Assembly: GCA_964019335.1 (NCBI GenBank)
Contig: OZ025656.1
Location: 682,001 to 746,000, forward strand
Reading direction: 5' to 3'
DNA length: 64,000 bases
Source of the DNA: Diplonema japonicum
Taxonomy: Eukaryota; Protista; Euglenozoa: Diplonemea
The stretch's first letter is position 1; the number at the start of each line of letters is the position of its first letter. The notes under the pieces were generated by a model. That model worked only from the letters and a program-made list of their open reading frames with translations, ran no database searches and had not been told where the DNA came from. Positions 1 through 9,286 of this stretch are shown here, one piece after another. The translations under genes and the position numbers were made by a program.

Positions 1-250
1 TGGACTGGGCAGGCGCTGCAATTGCCAGGTTTTGTAGGTGAAACTTGTTTTTCTTCCCCTTTTTTTTCTTGTCAGAAATGAAAGAAAGAAAGGACAGAAA
101 AGAATGGATATATATGTATGGCTTTTTCTTGTAAACCTCTTTTTCTAATTCTGTTTTTGATCCTTTTTCATTTAGTCTTGTCACACCCGTACTTCTTGTT
201 TTCTCTTCTCCCACCACCGAGTAACCCGTCACAAAGGTTTCTACCATAAC

Positions 251-2782
251 ATGAGTGCCTCGTGTAGTTCTGTCTCGATGCCAGCCTTTGGGGTGGGTGC
301 GTTGTTCGGGCGGAATTTGAACACAGAGGCTGCTCTTCGCGAGGCAGTTGACAAGCACACGATGGCGTCTAGGGAGTCCACGCCCCTCCCCCCGCCTCCT
401 GCAGGCAAGGAGCCCACCGAGCTCATAGTAGCCACCGAGGCCGCACTACGCGACGCTGTCAGCCAGCACAACCTAGAGGAGAAGCGCAGCCTCAGCTCAC
501 TTCCCCTTGCGAACCCCCCGACAGCCGCCAGCCTCTCCGATTTAATGACGCAGCACGCCATGCAGCAACGCCTCCAAGCCCAGCAGCAGGAGGCACAGAT
601 CTCCCGTGTGCGTGAGTTCCTCGCTGGCAAGTACGAAACCCACAAAGCCAACATCCTCAACATGAAGCTCGCCCACGACCAGCAGTTGTACGACATGAAC
701 AAAGCCAACAGCGAGGCCATCTCCAGCACCCAGATGCGCCCCGCTAGCCAGCAAGAGAAGGACGAAGAGATCAGAAAGCTCATCAGCAACCACAGCCAAA
801 TGGTAAAGGAGCTAAGGACACGCCAAGCAGCCGATCTGACGAAGCTGGAAGGACAGCTCAGCACCTTCATGTTGCTGCAAGAGGAGGAGTTGAACCGCGT
901 GAATAAGCTCCACCAGCAGCAGCTTCGCCTTCAGCGCGAGCAACACGAGGTGGAGGTCAGGGAGATGCAAACCAGCTTGACAACACAGCAGATCCAGCAC
1001 GGCAAAGAGATGGGCATGACACAGAATGAGCTGAAGAGGCTTGAGCACAACCAGAACCAGTACTACAACGACTTGCTGACACTGAGGGCGAACGCTGCTA
1101 TGAAGGACGAGGAGAATCTGAAGCTGCATCAGGCTACGGCCGCAGCGCACTCCATATACGACACTGAAGCGCGCCAAAAGCATGAGCAGCAGGTATGCCG
1201 GCACATGCATTCCACCTTACTAGGCCAATGAGCTGAGGGCTTTGCAAGACCAGATCACAGATAACATGAAGAGGGTGAGGCTGGAAATGGAGGGGACGAA
1301 GTCCAACATTACCCGTGACCTGATGGCAGGACACACTCAAGACATGGCGAGGCTCGAGCACCACACGGCGACGCGTGTGCAGAACTTGCAAAACGCGGCG
1401 GTGACTATGCGCAGGGAGCAGGTATGCATGACTCCATGAGGGACTTACTTGCAGAATCAAGAGATGTGTACTCTTCGTGAAGCACAAGCAACAAAGCAGC
1501 GGGAATACGTATGCATTGTGACCATACCTCACTGAAACAGGAGACGGCATTGCTCCGACTGAAACAAGCACAGCAAGACCAGGCTAACGATGCGGAGACT
1601 CATAACAACCAGTTGAACCAGAAGACAGCTATGCAGGTGTGATACACGGACCCCTCCAGTATACCACAGGAAGAGGAAATCCGAAGGATTAAAGAGCGCA
1701 CAGAAGAAGAGTTCCAAAACAGGCTCAAGCTGCAGCAGATGTACGCACAGGAAAAAGATATGATGACCAAGATAGCTGCGCAAGAGAAGCACGTGGCAGT
1801 GTCGATGATGCAGTTTGAGAACGAAATCTCGAACAAAGAACTAGAGATACAGCAAATCAAAAACGAGCTGAACAGAAAAGACCAGGATTACCTCATACAG
1901 TCGGAGGAGCTCAAGCATAAGGACATGATGCTCACAGAAAGGAACTTTGTGATGCCGCAGCTTCAAGAGAAACTGAATCTGAAGGAGCGTGAGCTCAGCA
2001 ACCTGTTGTCGCAGTACAACATGACGAAGCTGGAGATGACGCGCAGTTTGGAAGAGGCAAAGGCAACCCTGTATGCAGAGGGCCAGAAGGCGAGGCTCAT
2101 GAAGGAGCAGATCGAAGACCTGAGCTCGAAGCTGTCAGAGAAGAACGCTATGTTGGTTGCACTGGAGAGCGACCTGCAGACGGAGAAAGCGAGGACAGCA
2201 GAGGCGATGAATGCTGCAGAGGCCTTGAAGCCAGAGGTGCACCACTGGAGGGTGGCGACGGAGGCAAACTCGAACAACCAGAAGATGCTAGAAGAGCACA
2301 TACGGATAGTGCAAGAAACGAATGAGAGAGAGATCAGGGTGAGGGACGATACCATTGGGCAGCTGAGGGTGGAATCCGACGAGCTGAGGGAGGCAGTTGC
2401 GCATCTGACAGAGACGCTGGCAAATACACAGAAGCAGGTCAGCGAATCGAGACAGAAGGAGTTGTCCCAGGCATCAAAGATAGACCAGCTGCGAGGAAAG
2501 GTGGGCGATTCTGAGATGGAACTCTCTTTCGCGACCAAGGCACTTGAGACAGTTTCGAACCGCAACCAGGAGCTGGAGCAGCTGCACATGGGGAAGATCG
2601 TTACTGCCCTCGACGACCACATCTTCAGGTCCGATGCACAACTCAAACCCCAACACCCTATCAATGCCATGTCAATACTGGACCCCGCCCTCGACTCCCG
2701 CCCACCCACACAGCAGGAGGAACAGCTCTTCGCCCCCGTCGTCGACAGCCTTGCTAAATACATCAGAGGCACCAGGTTCTGA
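251..2782 (+). CDS. Long coiled-coil protein (5 exons); C-terminus paralogous to the next gene
   Basis: GT-AG introns 1193-1223, 1422-1454, 1509-1540 and 1637-1669 (31-33 nt) join ORFs 251, 1242 and 1739 in frame. The product is Q/E/K/L heptad-rich. Confidence 0.8.
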
Positions 2783-2951
2783 AAACCATTAGTTTTTCTA
2801 TATTTTCTTTTTGTAATTGTACCCGCTTTAATTTTCTTACTTTTTCTTGTTGTTATATTGCGTTTCTTTTGTTCCCTTGTACCCGATCCGACATGTAAGT
2901 AGAGTTATTCTGTGTTATCATAATTTGGGACAAGCACCCCCCAGGTTGGCC

Positions 2952-4229
2952 ATGTGCACTCCAATGTCATTGTACGTCTACACCGGTGATGGCAGGACAA
3001 GGACGGATGGCGGTTATAGACTTGCTGGGGAGGTAAACGGGATGCCTTTCTGGAAGAAAGACGAGGATGACAGATGGCTCTACAGCAGTACGAAGGGACT
3101 GTGGACCATCACAGATGATGTGAAGCATTTTGAGACAGGATGGGGGTATGTGGTGAGCAGCAGGAATAACGGTGAGATGCCAAACATGATGAAGAGATGG
3201 AAAGGGGCTATTGGTGACCAATGGCAGCCGCTTCCAAAGATGGTTGTTTCTGACAGCACCTCTGTTGCTAAGGAAGAACCATGTATGGATCCTGAAGCAC
3301 TGGTCTCCATTGCCATTGCTGAAGAGGAAGCTGCTGCCAACCAGGACATGTGTTCCCCACAGCGCCACATCACGGACACCATGATGCTGTTGAACTCGTT
3401 CCCCTCGCAGTTGGCGGAGATCCAAAACCGCACCATCAGCGAGAAAGCAGCGACCGCGTCCCTCCAGCTGCAGCGTGACCATATCGAGAAATTGGTCGAA
3501 TCAAAGAACGCTCGTCTGCAGAACCTCGAGGATGCTCTCTTACAAGAGAAGTATGCACTAGAAAAAAGACAGGAGACAAGCACAATTACTACTACAGGAA
3601 CCGTGCTGCTCAAGCAGAGATCTCCCGAACACCTCTCCTCGAGCAGTCTCAGCATTGGAGACAAGCTGCACAAGAGTTAGATACTGTGAAGGTATGCGCC
3701 TTCTTTCCACGTGTAACTTGCACAGCTGCAAATGGAAGGAGAGCTACAGGAGGTCAAGAACCTTGCCACGCACCGCCTACGCGAGAAGGACAGGGCAATC
3801 CTGAATCTGCAGAACCAGACAGAGGACGCGAAGGCAACCGTGTCTGAGGTGACACGGCAGCTTGAGGCGGCTCGTGAGGAAGTGAAGCATGCCAGAGAAA
3901 ACGAGAAGAAGAAAGAAGACAGAATGAAGGCGTTAGAAGAGAAGCTGAAAGACGTGAAGTTACACCTACATAATCAAGAGCGACTGGTCAGTCAGAAAGA
4001 GTACCGGAGATCAGAGTTAGAGGAAGTTCACATGCAGAACGTCGTGAGTACAGTTAGCAACGACGTGTGGGAGGCGCTCCCTCTCCTTCCGCTGCATTCA
4101 GCTGACATCTTCCATCTCGAGCTCGACGACGAACTCCCACCTTCGCCTGTCAGCAGGAAAGGTTGGCCCTCTCAAGACGCTGTGGTTGCCTCTCTTGCAG
4201 ACATTATTAGAAAGCAAAGACTTTGTTAA
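2952..4229 (+). CDS. Protein with N-terminal Trp/Gly/Tyr module followed by coiled coil (3 exons)
   Basis: ATG 2952 follows CAG 2942-2944. Introns 3551-3597 and 3692-3725 restore the frame (…LQEK NRAAQ…DTVK LQMEGE…). Confidence 0.75.
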
Positions 4230-4330
4230 TGAGCTTGGGAAGCACTTGTGTGTACCCTTCTCAAGCGTTGTACTTGTATTAAATTTCTTTAGCGCTTGAC
4301 GGCGTTCTTCCCAATTACACACAGCACGCA

Positions 4331-6281
4331 ATGAATGAGCGGTGGAGGCAAAGACATGATGCGCTGAAGAGGTTCCTGCGGTGCATCACACCAGCAGCGA
4401 CAGACGAGGCACGCGAGCTGGGCATTAACTACGACGATGTGATGAGCGAGGGTAGCGACGGGGTGTTGGGCATGTTTGGTGCGGTGACGTTCAAGCTATT
4501 GAAGAACAGGGCCACAAGGAACGAAGTCCAGTGCGCGGGGAACAGAGTGAAGCTATTTTATGTGTGCATGCTGCAGTTTGTGACAGCCGCAGCGCTGTTA
4601 GGGTGTGCTGGAGGACAGGTGGAAGGCAGCGCCAGCGGACCATTAGCTCTGTTCTTAAGCTCGACAACAGGCATTGTTGCCTCGTGCGTTGGTATCATAG
4701 CCTCTCTCAGCAGCGGGAGGTCGTACTACAAGCTTTACCTCATTGCAAACTTGTGGTTCCCGCCTCTTCTGTTGACGTACTTGTACAACACCTTCCAGCA
4801 GTCGCGAAGGTACCTTGCTGAGTGCACACCACTGCACGTGGACTACACCATTGAGTCGGTTGAATGCCATATGTTCGAGAGGATCGACATGCTGGCCACT
4901 ACGCTGACCTCGTTTCTGCTGTTTCTCTTCCTGGTGAGTGGTCGTTACTGCTCCCAATACCTCGACGCCTCCACGTTCTTCACAAAGCACAGCAACCACA
5001 GCCTTCTCTTCGTTTTCCTGCGCGGTGTTGCTGGCAGGGTGCGCAACAAGGTGATTGCATCGCCTCGTTCGTGGGACATGCCACGCTCATGTAACACCAT
5101 GACACCCTTCGAGAGGTACTGTGGGTGGCTCCCCTGGGACTCCACGAAAGAGCTTGTCTCTGTTAAGAGCCAAGAGGGTGAAACGGACAAACTGCTCACC
5201 GAAGTGGAGCAGAATGAGAACGCAAGTAAAAGCTGTCTCAAAGAAAAAGAAAAAGAAAAAGAAAAAGAAAAAGAAAAAGAAAAAGAAAAAGAAAAAGATA
5301 CGTGTGTGGGAGAAATAACTGCCATGAAGTGCCCCGAGAATGAGCGAGAAAAGGAGAAGAAGAAGCTGTCACCCAGCCGCGCAGCAGCAACGTCCACACA
5401 CTCGCTTGACTCACTGTCTTCTCACGAGAAAGAAACCATGGAGAGCAGGCTGCTGTACCTGGAGAGCATGATCAGCATGATACACGAGAGCAGCAGCAGC
5501 ACCCACACAGGGCGGCAACGAGGGTCCCTCCCATCGACGCCGTCACAGGGCAACAGTGGAAGTGACAGCAGCAGGCATTTCGAAGAACATTTCGAGGCTT
5601 CTGCTGACTCAGCAAGTGACGTTCGGAAATCGGACAGCTTGGATATCTCACCCCTCACGGCCAAAGCACGGAGGAAGAAGAGGCAGCATCAGATAGAGAT
5701 AGGAAAAACCACCAGAGAGTACACAATGTACACGCAATTGGTTTCAAAAGCAAAGCGGGAGCCAGGCAACCCTCTGCATCCCGTAACGCCACCTGTCAGC
5801 CCGTTGGGTTCAAAGAGAAAGTTCTTGAAGCAAGTGAGCGACTGGAGGAAAATGCTGCACGTATACGACACGATGCACCCCACCCCGCGTGCACCGGGGT
5901 GCCTTGATGTGTACTTGCCGTACATGCAGTCGCACTGCAGCGGGGCTTATTACCTGCAGAGCGAGAAATTCAATGAGTGCCCTGTCTGGATGGTATGTTT
6001 GATTGCCAGTTAAACGTCATTTACTGCAGATGACGACGCCGCAAGGGCCACGGTACCTCTACAGCAACGCAAGCACGTGGCTTATCACTGACAGCAAGGC
6101 CAACATGCAGCTCGGTCTTGGCTATGTAAGAAGCCGGATGCTGTCACCAATTCCGCTGGGCCTGTCATGGCAGGTATATATTCCACCACAAGCACCCCTG
6201 CAGGTTGCGCATGGCATGGCATGGTGGGACGACCCCTACATCACTTTAACCCCAAACGACTTCAGCTCGGCTCGAAGATAG
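4331..6281 (+). CDS. Four-TM domain + (KE)n linker + SLBP-type histone stem-loop RNA-binding domain + C-terminal Trp/Gly/Tyr module
   Basis: Continuous ORF from 4331 with hydrophobic segments at ~4545-4950. RRKKRQHQIEIGKTTREYTMY…HPVTP…SKRKFLKQVSDWRKMLHVYD (5669-5869) matches the SLBP RNA-binding motif. Intron 5993-6029 and probable in-frame intron 6174-6203. Confidence 0.75.
5240..5297 (+). repeat. (AAAGAA)n hexamer microsatellite encoding a poly-KE tract
   Basis: Tandem AAAGAA units inside ORF 4331. Confidence 0.9.
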
Positions 6282-6460
6282 CGATGTGTATAGTCGGCGC
6301 CTTCCGCAGTTCATCGTTACACTAACCTTGACCTTGATTCAGGTGTCGTAATTTGTTCCGGCAATTCTTTATCTATTCCAGTTTACACATATTAATAACG
6401 GCTGACTCCTGTTCTCTGAAAGAAAACCCCACATCTCAGCTTTCTTACGTTTTTGCAAAC

Positions 6461-7726
6461 ATGTCCACGTGGCCGTTCACTAAAGAGACCGGGCTGGTCA
6501 AGGGTGATGTTGTAGGTGTCTGCGTGAGCGGTGGGCTTGACAGCAAGACCATTGGTCACAAGCTTGTTGCTGCCGGTGTCGACGTGGTCTGCTTCACGGC
6601 GGATCTCGGCCAGCCCGACGAGACTGATATCAACGAGGTTAGGGAGAAGATGCGCCCCACGGGTGTGAAGGAGACCGTCATCGTTGACCTGAAGAATGAG
6701 ATGGCTGAGGGCTGCTTCGAGGCCATCATGGCACAGGCCTACTACGACGGTGGCTACTGGCAGAGCACCGGGATTGGCCGTCACGTGACAGTGCTCGGGC
6801 TCCTCCGTTCCATGAAGGAGAAGGGCGTGACAGTCCTTGCACATGGTGCCACCGGCAGGGGTAACGATCAGATGCGATTCGAGAGGTACACTAACGTGAT
6901 CGCGCCTGAGATGCGCGTGTACGCCCCGTGGAGGGACCCTGAGCTGCTCGTTGACTTCCCGGGCAGGACCCAGATGGTCGACTACTTGGCGAAGTTCAAC
7001 ATCCAACACGAGCTCCCCAAGCAGAAGAAGAGGTACTCCACGGATTCCAACCTTGCAGGGCTTTCCAACGAGGCTGAGGACCTTGAGGACCTGGAAACCC
7101 CCATGGACATCGTGGTGCCGCTGATGGGCGTGTGGCCTAAGGACGCACCCAACACGCCTGAGGAGGTGACCCTGTCCTTCACGAAGGGACGGTGCACAGC
7201 TATCAACGGGAAGGCTGTGACTGCTCTGGAAGCAATGCTGGAGGCCAACAAGATTGCTGGAAGGAATGGCATTGGTCTGTCGCACTCGCTGGAGAACCGG
7301 CTGCTGGGCACCAAGTCGAGGGGCGTGTACGAGGCCCCCGGAATGACCTTGCTCGGGAAGGGGCTGGACTACGTGTACCAGGGGACCATCGACAGGAGGT
7401 CCAACCAGCTGTTCAAGACGCTGCAGGCGCACGTGAGTGACATGATGTACGATGGGAGGTACTTCGACCCGTCGTGCCAGGCAGCACTGACGGCCATCAA
7501 GCAGCTGGCTGAGGCGGCTACGGGCACCCTCACGCTGCAGCTTTACAAGGGTAACATGCTGTACATGTCTCTGAAGGAAATGCCGCACACGCTGTACAAG
7601 GAGGAGGACTCCTCTATGGAGGCTTCTTCTGGCCTCAACCCTGTGAGCTCGCAGGGCTACGCTGAGATCCAGAAGGTTGAGGCCGTGGCTATGGCAGAGG
7701 CAAAGCTGATCCGAACCCCTTACTAA
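6461..7726 (+). CDS. argG: Argininosuccinate synthase (intronless)
   Basis: SGGLDS, HGATGRGNDQMRF, YSTDSNL and ENRLLGTKSRGVYEAPG motifs. The first ATG is 6461. Confidence 0.95.
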   Translation: MSTWPFTKETGLVKGDVVGVCVSGGLDSKTIGHKLVAAGVDVVCFTADLGQPDETDINEVREKMRPTGVKETVIVDLKNEMAEGCFEAIMAQAYYDGGYWQSTGIGRHVTVLGLLRSMKEKGVTVLAHGATGRGNDQMRFERYTNVIAPEMRVYAPWRDPELLVDFPGRTQMVDYLAKFNIQHELPKQKKRYSTDSNLAGLSNEAEDLEDLETPMDIVVPLMGVWPKDAPNTPEEVTLSFTKGRCTAINGKAVTALEAMLEANKIAGRNGIGLSHSLENRLLGTKSRGVYEAPGMTLLGKGLDYVYQGTIDRRSNQLFKTLQAHVSDMMYDGRYFDPSCQAALTAIKQLAEAATGTLTLQLYKGNMLYMSLKEMPHTLYKEEDSSMEASSGLNPVSSQGYAEIQKVEAVAMAEAKLIRTPY

Positions 7727-7740
7727 AGGAAAAAATACGT

Positions 7741-7888
7741 AACCCCTTAGCCACTCACGGTGCGCCTCTGCCGTGCATCGCACGTACTGTCGTTGTCCTG
7801 TGACCAGGTGAACATCAAACCGGACATAGGTGCTTCAGTACCGTTGCTTTTGCCGCAGATGCTGCACGTGAGAGGTTTCTTAGGGGTT
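7741..7888 (+). other. Long imperfect stem-loop in the 3' UTR of argininosuccinate synthase
   Basis: Five nested complementary arms: 7741-50/7879-88, 7754-59/7867-72, 7767-71/7855-59, 7784-89/7836-41 and 7794-98/7822-26. Confidence 0.55.
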
Positions 7889-8435
7889 GTCCCTCCTTTC
7901 CCCCCCTTTAGAAAAAGAAGAAAAAAGAAATGCAGTGCAGTGTGTTCTTTTGTTTTTTGTTGTTTTCAACAAAGTGATGTAAAGATTTAACACCCATAAA
8001 CTTAAGTTTAGAAAAAAAGAAATAAATAATATCTGCTTTTTTTTTATCCCTTTTTTTTACTCCTTTGATGGTAGGAAAGAAAAAAGCTTTTTTTCCTCTT
8101 TCAAAAGGTTATTTTTTTCCTGTTCTATTTTATGACTTCCTCCTCCTTCCTTTTTTATTTTATTTTCTCCTTTCTCGTATGAAATTGTGAACCCTCCTGT
8201 GGCGTGAGCTTTTTTTATTTCTCCTTTCTTTTTTTTTTTTGGGTTTTTTAGAAAAAAAAACAAAAGAAAAGAAAATAAGAAACACCGAAATAAATAAAGA
8301 AAAAGGTACTTTCTAAAAGAAAAAAAGAAAAAAAAAAAAAAAAAACATCGCACCTCATCTTTTTCTTTTTTTATATAGCCCCCCCTTCCCCCAGCTTATT
8401 CAACACTAGAAGAACAAACAAAAGAAAAGGGGGAA

Positions 8436-9196
8436 ATGGCAAAAACAAGCACGAGTTGGGGGGTGTCGAACCAATTTAACCCCATATACCACGAGCCGAA
8501 AATGGATACTCCGGAGGTGAAGGAGAAGAATTATCGAGAGAAATAGTATGAAGGAGAGGGGGGGGAAAAAAAAAAGAAAGAAAAAAAAGAAGAAAAAAAA
8601 AAAAAAACAGCGCAGTAAGCGACACATGTGTGAAGAGGATATTTACAGAGGAGGAGTACAGATCAAAGCTGAAGACTGCAGAGCAGAGTGACCAGATGCT
8701 AGTTCTGAAGTACGTGAGGGAGAACTGCCCAGCATGTGCCGTTGTGTCTGTGGCCATTGAGAAGTTGTGCAAGAAGTACACACATTACAATTATATGAGA
8801 TTTTATGAAATCAGCGAAGACATAACCCCCGTGGCTGCATCTGTAGCACCAAAGACCCCCCACCTGGATGCCTACCTAGGTACGACTGCTAAACGTATCG
8901 AAATCAATGCCGCCCCCGACCTCTCAGTCCGTCGGGAGGCCATGGAGAGAATAGAAAACCTCGTCCAAGTAGAGGAAATGAAGGGCGCCACTGTCGCGAA
9001 GGAGGACAAACAAAAGATGATGATGAAAGCGCTGGTAATGATGCCCCCCTCCCCCTTGTTTTCTTTTTGAAACCTTTCACACAAACAGATCGAGCCGTCT
9101 GTGATGACCTCTGAGAAAAGCATGATGGAGGCGCTGCTGGAGTTCAACAGAAACAAGGCCAGGGCATACTTCAAGAGCCCCACGCCGCCTATTTAG
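8436..9196 (+). CDS. Thioredoxin-fold protein with CPAC motif (3 exons)
   Basis: ATG 8436; introns 8546-8610 and 9035-9088. MLVLKYVRENCPACAVVSVAIEKL…FYEI…P pattern fits a thioredoxin fold. Confidence 0.7.
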
Positions 9197-9286
9197 CTTT
9201 GAAGAGCTTCACCCTCTTTTCTCTTTTTTTTTTTTAATCCGGCAAGAAAAAGAAGAAAAAGGAATGCGGCCACCAACAGGAATGAG

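Noticed and set aside
7900-8420. Poly-F/poly-K ORFs in A/T tracts (also 17854, 38496, 48437, 52180-52980, 54095, 59549-60989)
   Set aside because: These are translations of homopolymer-rich intergenic or intronic DNA.
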